A stretch of DNA of 44,768 bases, taken from assembly GCA_030651515.1 (NCBI GenBank), contig JAUSEO010000026.1, forward strand, positions 1 to 44,768, in the 5' to 3' direction. Under the pieces are notes generated by a model, which saw only the letters and a list, made by a program, of their open reading frames with translations, did no database searches and had not been told where the DNA came from. Below are positions 8,188 through 15,857 of this stretch, one piece after another. The DNA is from an archaeon (GTDB lineage Archaea > Iainarchaeota > Iainarchaeia > Iainarchaeales > GW2011-AR10). Each line of letters begins with the position of its first letter. Position 1 is the stretch's first letter. The position numbers and the translations under genes are program-made.

Positions 8188-8234
8188 ATCCTGTGGCTTA
8201 GTGCCTTCGCAGGTTCGAACCCTGCCCCCTGCAT

Positions 8235-8350
8235 GAACCCTTGCGCTTAACAAACTGGCAAAAGAAACATTGTATTATTGTTCACTTGCCCATTTGTTAT
8301 TTGTTGGTTCACGGCGCGTATATGCCCTTTCTGCAAAATGGCAGTAATAC
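8235..8350 (-). repeat. Structured element, copy B (long form); also the likely promoter of the rpl18e operon
   Basis: The - strand reads GTATTACTGCC-ATTTTGCAGAAAG-GGCATATACGCGCCGTGAACC-[59-nt insert with imperfect 13-bp inverted repeat]-GCGCAAGGGTTC. On the + strand, GCGCGTATATGCC lies about 33 nt upstream of the ATG at 8354. Confidence 0.85.
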
Positions 8351-8353
8351 AAG

Positions 8354-8731
8354 ATGATGGAAAAATTGGTGTTGTTTATGGAAAACAAAAAAATTTTGAA
8401 AAAAAGCATTGCACTTGACAAGCATGCAAAAAAAACAGGGCATGCCATCTGGAAAGACCTGGCGGAAAAAACCAAAAAGTACAAAAACCACTCCTGTGTC
8501 GTGAACCTGTCAAAGCTTGAGCATCTTGCAAAAAAATCCGGCAAAAAAAATTTTTTCGTGCTTGGAAAAGTCCTTGGAAGCGGGGAAATTGTTTCAGGAT
8601 TGAACGTGGCTGCAATTGAGTTTTCAAAAAGCGCAGTTGAAAAAATCGTGCACGCAAAAGGCAGTGCCCTGAGCGTTGAGGCATTTGTCCAGAAAAACCC
8701 GCAGAAATCAGAAGTGGTGATAGTGAAATGA
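8354..8731 (+). CDS. rpl18e: 50S ribosomal protein L18e
   Basis: AIWKDLAEKTKK...VVNLSKLEHLAKKSG...VLGKVLGSGEI...AIEFSKSAVEKI fits the L18e pattern. It heads the L18e-L13-S9-RpoN cluster. Confidence 0.8.
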   Translation: MMEKLVLFMENKKILKKSIALDKHAKKTGHAIWKDLAEKTKKYKNHSCVVNLSKLEHLAKKSGKKNFFVLGKVLGSGEIVSGLNVAAIEFSKSAVEKIVHAKGSALSVEAFVQKNPQKSEVVIVK

Positions 8732-9150
8732 TGATTATTGATGGTTCAAACCACATCTTTGGAAGGCTTGCATCAGTTGTTGCAAAAAAAGTCCTCAAAG
8801 GCGAGGACGTTTTCGTTGTGAATGCCGAAAAAGTTGTCATCACAGGTAAAAAAGAAGCCGTGATAAAGAAATTCAGGCGCAGGCTTGGGTTTGTTACAAA
8901 GGGAAACCAGGCACTTTCCCCAAAGTTTCCAAAGCACCCTGACAAATTGCTTAAGAGAAGCGTGCGCGGAATGCTTCCATACCCGGAGTTGAGGGGAAGA
9001 ATGGCGATTAAAAAATTCAAGGCATTTATTGGTGTTCCAAAAGAGTTTGAGGGAAAAAAACTTGAACAAATTCAAAGTGCCCTCAGCAAGCCGGAGCACC
9101 GGACAGTCACAGTTGGCGAGATAAGCAAGACACTTGGGGCAAAGTGGTGA
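8728..9150 (+). CDS. rpl13: 50S ribosomal protein L13 (uL13)
   Basis: IIDGSNHIFGRLASVVAKKVLKGEDVFVVNAEKVVITG. Confidence 0.9.
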   Translation: MMIIDGSNHIFGRLASVVAKKVLKGEDVFVVNAEKVVITGKKEAVIKKFRRRLGFVTKGNQALSPKFPKHPDKLLKRSVRGMLPYPELRGRMAIKKFKAFIGVPKEFEGKKLEQIQSALSKPEHRTVTVGEISKTLGAKW

Positions 9151-9155
9151 ATAAA

Positions 9156-9578
9156 ATGGCTGAGAAATCAAAAAGGAAAAGAAAAGGCATTACTGCAAAA
9201 GCCAAGAAAAAAATGGCTGTTGCGCGCGCAGTTATCCGCCCAGGAAAAGGAATTGTGAGGATAAACAAGGTGAACCTCAAGGCAATTCAGCCGGAAGAGA
9301 TACAGGAGTTCATTTCCGAGCCCCTTGAAATTGCAAAGGACATTGCAAAAGAAGTCAACATTGACGTGACTGCAAAAGGCGGGGGAATGATGGGCCAGGC
9401 AGTTGCTTCAAGAACAGCAATTGCAAAGTCCCTTCTTGAATTCAAGTCAAACGAGAAACTGAGGGCTGCATTTTTGGCTTACGACAGGATGCTTTTGGTT
9501 GACGACCCAAGGCGGGTTGAAACAAAGAAGCCTCTTGGAACAAAAGCAAGGAAAAAGAAACAAAAAAGCAAAAGGTGA
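9156..9578 (+). CDS. rps9: 30S ribosomal protein S9 (uS9)
   Basis: KKKMAVARAVIRPGKGIVRINK...GGGMMGQAVASRTAIAKSL...DPRRVETKKPLGTKARKKKQKSKR. A GTG at 9144 is an alternative start. Confidence 0.9.
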   Translation: MAEKSKRKRKGITAKAKKKMAVARAVIRPGKGIVRINKVNLKAIQPEEIQEFISEPLEIAKDIAKEVNIDVTAKGGGMMGQAVASRTAIAKSLLEFKSNEKLRAAFLAYDRMLLVDDPRRVETKKPLGTKARKKKQKSKR

Positions 9579-9586
9579 TTGTCTGT

Positions 9587-9784
9587 ATGATGGTACCAGT
9601 AAGATGTTTTACCTGCGGAAAAATGATTGGGGAAAAATACGAAGAGTACGTGAAACGGGTTACAGAGAAAAACGAGGAACCCGCACAGGCAATGACGGAC
9701 CTTGGAATCACGAGGTACTGCTGCAGGAGAACTCTTTTCACGCACGTTGACCTGATTGATGAAGTCATACAGTACCCGGTCTAA
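9587..9784 (+). CDS. rpoN: DNA-directed RNA polymerase subunit N (Rpo10)
   Basis: MMVPVRCFTCGKMIGEKYEEY...LGITRYCCRRTLFTHVDLID. Confidence 0.9.
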   Translation: MMVPVRCFTCGKMIGEKYEEYVKRVTEKNEEPAQAMTDLGITRYCCRRTLFTHVDLIDEVIQYPV

Positions 9785-9800
9785 AAGAGGATGAAAAAAA

Positions 9801-10520
9801 ATGGAAAAAACCACGGACGAACAGGCGCAACAGCCACAGCAAACGCTCCTTGTCGATTCTGAAAAATACTTAAAGAGCGGCGTGCACATCGGAACGCGCT
9901 TCAAGTCAAGCGACATGAAAAAATATATTTACAAAATGAGAAAAGACAGCCTAAACGTCATGGACATCCAGACAATTGACCAGAGGATAAAGTTTGCAGC
10001 CAAGTTTTTGGCGCGCTTTCCGGCGCAAAAAATAGCGGTTGTTGCACGCAGGCTTTATGCAAGGACTCCTGCACAGGAGTTTGCAAAGGCAATCGGGGCA
10101 AAAGAAATCACGGGGCGATTTGTTCCGGGAACATTCACGAATTATTCCTGTTCAAGGTTTTTTGAGCCACAAGTAGTCGTGATTGTTGAACCGGAGCTTG
10201 ACAAGCAGGCGATTTCTGAGGCAAGCAAAATAAACGCGCCAGTTGTTGCACTTGCTTCGACAAACAATTCCCTGCAGAACATTGACATTGCAGTGCCGTC
10301 CAACAACAAGGGGCGCAAAAGCCTTGCCCTTGTGATGTGGCTTTTAGGCCGCGAGTACTTAAAGGAAACAAAAGCGATTGAAAACGACTCAGAGTACACA
10401 AAAAAAGTGGAAGACTTTGAGTACCAGATGAAGGACACGGACAGGGAAGAGGAAACCGAGGAACGCCCCCGGCGGCGCTTTCAGGACCGGGAAAGAAGGG
10501 AAAGACGTCCAAGGTACTAA
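9801..10520 (+). CDS. rps2: 30S ribosomal protein S2 (uS2)
   Basis: YLKSGVHIGTRFKSSDMKKYIYKMRKDSLNVMDIQ...VVIVEPELDKQAISEASKINAPVVALASTNN. Confidence 0.9.
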   Translation: MEKTTDEQAQQPQQTLLVDSEKYLKSGVHIGTRFKSSDMKKYIYKMRKDSLNVMDIQTIDQRIKFAAKFLARFPAQKIAVVARRLYARTPAQEFAKAIGAKEITGRFVPGTFTNYSCSRFFEPQVVVIVEPELDKQAISEASKINAPVVALASTNNSLQNIDIAVPSNNKGRKSLALVMWLLGREYLKETKAIENDSEYTKKVEDFEYQMKDTDREEETEERPRRRFQDRERRERRPRY

Positions 10521-10544
10521 TTCAGCCAAACTGTTGAACAAAAA

Positions 10545-10560
10545 TCAACCAATTGGTTGA
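10545..10560. promoter_or_regulatory. Perfect 16-bp palindrome TCAACCAATTGGTTGA upstream of cassette copy 1 (operator or attachment-like site)
   Basis: Read directly. A degenerate counterpart, TCAACCCAATAGTTGA, lies at 29499-29514 upstream of cassette copy 2. Confidence 0.5.
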
Positions 10561-10576
10561 GATGAGTTCAACCATA

Positions 10577-10586
10577 GATATATAAA
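10577..10586 (+). promoter_or_regulatory. TATA-box candidate for cassette copy 1
   Basis: gatatataaa lies about 40 nt upstream of the ATG at 10625, with GGAG at 10613-10616 between them. The homologous gtatttaaac sits upstream of copy 2. Confidence 0.45.
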
Positions 10587-10624
10587 TCACCTAAATGCTA
10601 AAGATGATAGTAACGGAGATTTCA

Positions 10625-11293
10625 ATGAAAAAAATAATTCCAAAACTTTTACTCGCATTTTTGTTTTTAGCAGTTACACCAACGGTTTTTGGAGCCAGTG
10701 ACTGCAATCAACACGAGGAAGGGACACACAACTGGGTACCTTATTGGGGAGGGTTACAGTTTCTAGAGAGATACGATGATTATATTATAACCTACCAAAA
10801 TTTTGCTTGGAACCAAAGGAATTTCAATAATATGAAAAATAGATATATAGATGGGAATGTAGACTACATGTACGAAATTAGAAGGCCGGGAGATGCTAAT
10901 AATAGCCCCCAAAAAGATTATTGGGATTATTGGAAGAGAACCAGGCCAGATTACTGTGAAGGCGTTTATTTTACCAATCTCCCAAACCCCATTGAAGATA
11001 ATTGGAGTGAGGAAGCAGATTGGTGGATGACTGAGTGTGATAACCTTTTTCCTTTCACACATGACCCGGATGATGAGGAATTTGAGATTAAAAGCCTAGA
11101 TGAGCACAACGAACTAGAACCTTACAAAGAATATTATGTAACTACAAAATTTTGGCGGGATCCCGAAGACAGAGGAAAAAGAATGGAAATAAGATCTGAA
11201 TCAGAGTATTGCGGAATTTTTAGTTTTCCCTTCTGTACGGATACAATTGGTTTTCACTGGTGCACAATGACCATAGACCAAATAAGAGCGTGA
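10625..11293 (+). CDS. Secreted Cys-rich protein, unknown family (P1)
   Basis: Signal peptide MKKIIPKLLLAFLFLAVTPTVFGA. Six Cys are conserved with the paralog at 30588-31211. Trp/acidic-rich. No family recognised. Confidence 0.7.
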   Translation: MKKIIPKLLLAFLFLAVTPTVFGASDCNQHEEGTHNWVPYWGGLQFLERYDDYIITYQNFAWNQRNFNNMKNRYIDGNVDYMYEIRRPGDANNSPQKDYWDYWKRTRPDYCEGVYFTNLPNPIEDNWSEEADWWMTECDNLFPFTHDPDDEEFEIKSLDEHNELEPYKEYYVTTKFWRDPEDRGKRMEIRSESEYCGIFSFPFCTDTIGFHWCTMTIDQIRA

Positions 11294-11302
11294 AGTGAAA
11301 CA

Positions 11303-12073
11303 ATGAATCTAAAACTTTTAGTAACCGGCATGATTTTTTTAATAGTAGTAATATCCATTGCCGTGGGAATCAGCACAAAAAATAATATACAACCCAATAC
11401 TAGTGGCGCCAAATTAAATGGCTACCCAGCAGAAAATTGGGAAAAAATAGAAATTTTCAGAGCGCCGAGCGGCGAGATATTCATTTCAAGTTTTCCTCTT
11501 ATTTCAAATGAAAACGAAATTCAGGCATTCAAACAAAAGTCAATAGAGAGACTAAATGGCCTACAAGAAGGGGTTGTTTACCACAATGTTGTCGTAACAT
11601 TTTCAAAAGAACTGAATGAAGAAGAAGTAAATGAACTCTCTGAAATTATCAACATTCTGAGATTAAAATACATAGCTGACCCAGAAGGAACAGGAACAAT
11701 TGGTTTTCCACTAGAGGAAGAAGAAAGAGAATATCTGGCCAATCTGGAACAGGCAATCAAAACTAAAATGTCTGACTGTTCTAATTTAGATAAAAAGCTT
11801 TCACCATTAGAAACAAGTGAAAGAGAAATCAAGAAAAAGGAACTGCTAGAACAGTGTGATGCATACAAAGACTTCAAACTCGTTAAGGGGTTTGTTGCGG
11901 CAGATGTAGTAGATTCAAAAGAAAATCTTCTTGAACTAGCAAACCATCAAAACGTGTTATTTGTTGATGTAGGCCCAATCGAACTATTAGAAAGGTACCC
12001 AAATGCATTCATTAAACCAATAAAAGATGGGTGGTATGAATATTCAAAAATAGTAAATAATGAAATTTCTTAA
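11303..12073 (+). CDS. N-terminally membrane-anchored protein, unknown family (P2)
   Basis: Single N-terminal TM (LLVTGMIFLIVVISIAVGI). Paralog at 31219-31974 shares VTFSKELNEEE, PEGTG and VDVGP-ELL blocks. Confidence 0.7.
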   Translation: MNLKLLVTGMIFLIVVISIAVGISTKNNIQPNTSGAKLNGYPAENWEKIEIFRAPSGEIFISSFPLISNENEIQAFKQKSIERLNGLQEGVVYHNVVVTFSKELNEEEVNELSEIINILRLKYIADPEGTGTIGFPLEEEEREYLANLEQAIKTKMSDCSNLDKKLSPLETSEREIKKKELLEQCDAYKDFKLVKGFVAADVVDSKENLLELANHQNVLFVDVGPIELLERYPNAFIKPIKDGWYEYSKIVNNEIS

Positions 12074-12117
12074 AGAAAAGACTGATTTTTTATTAACAAA
12101 CTAACAAAAGGTTATTG

Positions 12118-13110
12118 ATGCCTCAAAAATATGTTGATTCAAGCAAATTTATACAACAAATTGTCTTTTTTTTAAAGCCCGACAAGTGGAAATTAGCACT
12201 ATTTTCATTGGCAATTTTGCTCGGGATAATTACAAGTATGATAAGGCATGAAAACGTATTAGCCTCCTCCATGATTTTTTTTCTGCCGATTTTTATTTTT
12301 ATATTCATATCGCCGGTCTCAGCTATCATTGGAGTGATTGACCCCAAACTCAAAATCTTTGGAAATTTTTACGGGCTTATTGAAGCTAATATCATTTTTT
12401 CCATCGCCTTGTTGTTTATTTATTTCTATATTCTGGCTTGTTTTATTGTTTTTTCGTTTAAGTATTTAAGAAAAAAGTTTGATATAAAATTAATTGCCAT
12501 TTTATTGTTTCTTTTTTTTGTCTTGTCAATTTCATTTCTTGGATGGTTAGACTTGATTATCAGCCCAACTTTGGAAACAACAGTACTTTTAATAAAAAAA
12601 GTCGGAGTTTCTTTATTTTCTTCCTACATTTTTACCCTTATAGTTTTAAGTGGCCTAATTTTGCTGAAAAAATTTTTAACAATGCCATTAATTAAAAAAC
12701 TAGCAATAGTTTTATCAATTATTTTGGTTTATTTAGCAATTTTCTACCCTGCTTTCCAAGGAAACATTATTCCAAAAACATTGGACATAGAAGAACGCAA
12801 CCTTGCACTTTACGCCATAGAAGAGACAGAAAGCCAGCTTGACATACAAGGCGACGGGATACTACAGTATGAAGTTGTTAGCTTCAAAAGACCGGTAGAA
12901 CACATCGTAGTACACAACAATTTTCCAGGGAGTAACAATGTATGGCAGGAGACATGCGATGTGGAAATAAAAATGAAAACCAGGACATTTTTTGGACAGC
13001 CGTTCTATGAAATAATAGTTTACCTCAATTCCACAGAAAACTTCAATTACAATTACTGTGACTTGGAAATACCAAACGAGTGCGACTTTGACCCAAACTG
13101 CAAACCCTGA
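12118..13110 (+). CDS. Polytopic membrane protein with a Cys-containing C-terminal domain, unknown family (P3)
   Basis: About 7 hydrophobic segments, then a roughly 110-aa soluble tail (..ETCDVEIKMK..NYCDLEIPNECDFDPNCKP). A+T-rich. Confidence 0.6.
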   Translation: MPQKYVDSSKFIQQIVFFLKPDKWKLALFSLAILLGIITSMIRHENVLASSMIFFLPIFIFIFISPVSAIIGVIDPKLKIFGNFYGLIEANIIFSIALLFIYFYILACFIVFSFKYLRKKFDIKLIAILLFLFFVLSISFLGWLDLIISPTLETTVLLIKKVGVSLFSSYIFTLIVLSGLILLKKFLTMPLIKKLAIVLSIILVYLAIFYPAFQGNIIPKTLDIEERNLALYAIEETESQLDIQGDGILQYEVVSFKRPVEHIVVHNNFPGSNNVWQETCDVEIKMKTRTFFGQPFYEIIVYLNSTENFNYNYCDLEIPNECDFDPNCKP

Positions 13111-13311
13111 TTACAAACCGCGAAATACATGAACCTTGAAAAGTTCCATTGGCTCGACAAGTGGCTCTTTTAAGCTTCTTTGTCGGCGGTTTTATTGAGT
13201 GGTTCAAAGTAAAAAACAAGCCAACTTATACATAAAACGACTCTCAATTCCTTTTATAACCGTAAAAGGTAACTTTATATATTGTAAAAGCCATAAATCT
13301 AGTAGGCTTTT

Positions 13312-14169
13312 ATGTATAGCAAACCCCAAAATAACGTAAAATATGGGCATTTGCTATTAGGTTTTAAGTTTAACATATATAGGCAAATAGGCAATTTGTT
13401 TGGGCAGTGGTATTTTTTGTCTCTTGAGGAACTGAACGCGTTTTTGGCAGAGTTTGGCTTGACGGAGTATGAAACGCGCGTGCTTTCCACGCTTTTCGGG
13501 TTTGGCGAAACACATGCACCTGAAATAAGCCGGCACGCACAGGTCCCAAAAACAAGGGTTTACGACGTTTTGGAAAGGCTCACAAAAAAAGGCCTTTTGA
13601 TAGAGGTTTCAGGACGCCCAAAAAAATACAAGGCGCTTGAACCGTCAAAGGCACTTGACATGCTGCTTGAGGAATCCAAGGCACGGCTTAAAAACCTTGA
13701 AGAAAGAGCCATGCTGATTAAAGCAGGGCTTGATTTCCCGGCTGAAAAAAAAGGCGCTGAACGCGTTTTGAAAGTCAGGGAAAAAAACGATTTTTACAAG
13801 ATTTTGGTCCAGGAAATTGATTCTGCAAAAAAAAGCGTGACCGGTTTCAGTTCAGGGGTTGTATCAAATCCGCTTTTGGCTGACGCAGTGAAAAAAGCTG
13901 GTGCGCGAAACGTTGAAGTAAAAATAATTTCTGCCATAAACAAAATTGCAGACAAGGCAGGGCTTGAAGAAGGCGGCGTGGAAATCCGCATGGCTGACCA
14001 CAACCTCGACGCTTTTGTCGTTGATGGAAAAAAAGTTGTTTTGTCATTATCCGATTTGTCAGCGGAAAAAACAGGGTACCATTTCACCATCTGGCCCGAA
14101 AACGAGCACCTCGCACAAGCCCTTGGCCACTATTTCAACAAAGTCTGGGAAAAAGCCAGGACAGCCTGA
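13312..14169 (+). CDS. TrmB-family transcriptional regulator
   Basis: FGLTEYETRVLSTLFGFGETHAPEISRHAQVPKTRVYDVLERLTKKGLLIEV is a TrmB-type wHTH. The true start may be the in-frame TTG at 13417, which has a TATA-like acatatatagg at about 13373-13383. Confidence 0.75.
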   Translation: MYSKPQNNVKYGHLLLGFKFNIYRQIGNLFGQWYFLSLEELNAFLAEFGLTEYETRVLSTLFGFGETHAPEISRHAQVPKTRVYDVLERLTKKGLLIEVSGRPKKYKALEPSKALDMLLEESKARLKNLEERAMLIKAGLDFPAEKKGAERVLKVREKNDFYKILVQEIDSAKKSVTGFSSGVVSNPLLADAVKKAGARNVEVKIISAINKIADKAGLEEGGVEIRMADHNLDAFVVDGKKVVLSLSDLSAEKTGYHFTIWPENEHLAQALGHYFNKVWEKARTA

Positions 14170-14172
14170 TTT

Positions 14173-15828
14173 TTGGAGTTGTGCTTTTTTTTGGACGCGG
14201 AAACAGACTCTTACCGCTACGCGATAAAAAACGCGTACCTGCATGAAGGAAAAGCCGACCTCTCAGCAGTGGTCGGGAAAATCAAGGCGTTGGACAAAAA
14301 CGCTGACCTGAAAAAATTAATGCCCGTGATTTCAGAAGCGGTGAAGAAAGTCAACGCAATGGGCTTTGCGGAAATTGAAAACGAATACAGGCGGTTTGAA
14401 GGCGGTTATGAATTAAAGCAGCCGGGGAAAAAAGAAGGCCTGCCTGATGTCGGGCTTGAAAACATTGTCACGCGTTTTGCGCCAAACCCAAACGGCCCGT
14501 TTCACTTGGGCAATGCGCGCGCGGCAATACTCAGTGACGAGTATGCAAAAAACGGCGGCAAGTTTCTCCTGCGCTTTGACGACACTGACCCAAAAGTAAA
14601 AAAGCCGATAAAGAATGCAAAAGAAGTTTTCATGCAGGACCTTGAATGGCTGAATTGCAGTGTTGCACAGGTTTTTTTTGCCTCCGACAGGCTTGAAATG
14701 TATTACTCGTTCATGGAGAAAGCAATCAAGCTTGGCGGGGCATACGTTTGCACCTGTGAAACGGAAAAATGGAAAAAACTCACTGTCAAAAAAAAGGCCT
14801 GCCCCTGTAGGGACCGCTCACCACAGGAGCATATTAAGTTGTTTGAGGAAATGGTTTCACACAAGCTAAAAGAAGGCTCGGCAGTGCTGCGCATAAAGAC
14901 TGACATTGCCCACCCTGACCCGAGTGTGCGCGACTGGTGGGCTGCAAAAATCGTGGACAGGCCCGAACACCCAAACCCGAATGCAAAAAACAGGCACGTG
15001 TGGCCGTCATATAACTTTGCCTCGGCAATCGATGACCACGAGCTTGGAACCACGCTCATCATCCGGGGCCAGGAGCATGAACAGAACAAAACCAAGCAGG
15101 AATTTTTATACACTTACTTTGGCTGGGTTTACCCAAAGGCATTCCACTTTGGCAGGGTAAAGCTTGAGGATATGGTTCTGAGTACCTCAAAAATAAAGGC
15201 AGGAATAGAGGCAGGCATTTACACGGGTTGGGATGACATTAACCTTGGCACAATCAGGGCCCTAAGGCGCAGGGGATTCCAACCGAAAACACTGCGGGAC
15301 ATAATCCTTGAAATCGGGGTAAAGCCATCAGACACGACGATTGAGTTTGCAAAGCTTGCAGACCTGAACCGCAAAAACCTTGTTGGAAAGTTTTCAAGCA
15401 TCGAGTTCATCGAAGACCCTGCCGCGCTGGAAGTTGGTTTTTGCCCAAAAATCACGCTCGAGGATGGGACAATGCTTTCTGAGGGGACACAAAGGTTTGT
15501 TGTGCCGAAAAAAGAAATCGAGAAAGCAAAAACCGGTTCAATTATCAGGCTCAAGCACGCGTACAACGTGAAGATAAACGAGAAAAACGAGTTTGGCGCG
15601 GTTGCAGAGTTTGTCGGCACGCAAAAAATCGACGTGCCAATCGTTGCCTGGCTTTTGGAAACACGCGACCTTGAAGTTGTCATGCCGAAAAAACAGAAAT
15701 CCTTTGGAGCCATAGATGCTGGGCTTAACCTGAAAGAAGGCGAGATTGTTTACCTTGAACGGTTCGGCTACGCACGCATTGACGAGGTTGGAGAGAAAAG
15801 GGTTATTGCGTGGTTTGCACACAAGTAA
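14173..15828 (+). CDS. gltX: Glutamyl-tRNA synthetase (archaeal type)
   Basis: RFAPNPNGPFHLGNARAAILSDEYAK..LRFDDTDP is the class I GlxRS HIGH region. Length of about 550 aa fits. TTG start. Confidence 0.9.
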   Translation: MELCFFLDAETDSYRYAIKNAYLHEGKADLSAVVGKIKALDKNADLKKLMPVISEAVKKVNAMGFAEIENEYRRFEGGYELKQPGKKEGLPDVGLENIVTRFAPNPNGPFHLGNARAAILSDEYAKNGGKFLLRFDDTDPKVKKPIKNAKEVFMQDLEWLNCSVAQVFFASDRLEMYYSFMEKAIKLGGAYVCTCETEKWKKLTVKKKACPCRDRSPQEHIKLFEEMVSHKLKEGSAVLRIKTDIAHPDPSVRDWWAAKIVDRPEHPNPNAKNRHVWPSYNFASAIDDHELGTTLIIRGQEHEQNKTKQEFLYTYFGWVYPKAFHFGRVKLEDMVLSTSKIKAGIEAGIYTGWDDINLGTIRALRRRGFQPKTLRDIILEIGVKPSDTTIEFAKLADLNRKNLVGKFSSIEFIEDPAALEVGFCPKITLEDGTMLSEGTQRFVVPKKEIEKAKTGSIIRLKHAYNVKINEKNEFGAVAEFVGTQKIDVPIVAWLLETRDLEVVMPKKQKSFGAIDAGLNLKEGEIVYLERFGYARIDEVGEKRVIAWFAHK

Positions 15829-15837
15829 TATAAATTT
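15826..15837 (+). promoter_or_regulatory. TATA-box candidate for the 15858 gene
   Basis: taatataaattt lies about 25-30 nt upstream of the GTG at 15858, implying a leaderless or short-leader transcript. Confidence 0.45.
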
Positions 15838-15857
15838 AAAATCGCCAATAGTTATTC

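Larger units (their letters stand above)
8057..8233 (+). tRNA. tRNA-Leu(UAA) with a 93-nt canonical-position intron
   Basis: Acceptor GCAGGGG/CCCCTGC. D arm CCG..CGG. Anticodon stem CAGGA/TCCTG, with loop CT-TAA-G interrupted after position 37. Long variable arm (GGC..GCC). T arm GCAGG-TTCGAAC-CCTGC. Discriminator A. No encoded CCA. Confidence 0.85.

Noticed and set aside
8235-8350. Explaining the whole repeat family simply as reused TATA promoters.
   Set aside because: That works for copies B and C. Copies A and D face no gene in the promoter direction. D and E have TATGTG or CATAC cores. E lies inside a tRNA intron. The compensatory hairpin changes are not expected for a plain promoter.
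10660-10720. HEEGTH in P1/P1' considered as a zinc-metalloprotease HEXXH motif.
   Set aside because: The spacing is H-E-x-x-x-H, not H-E-x-x-H, and no third-ligand context is recognisable. It is treated only as a conserved block of unknown function.
13111-13311. The 200-nt spacer after P3 was inspected for a tRNA or other ncRNA (contains GGTTCAAAG).
   Set aside because: No cloverleaf can be drawn, and there is no acceptor or anticodon pairing. It most likely holds only the promoter region (TATA-like ctttatatatt at 13273-13283) for the TrmB-like gene.
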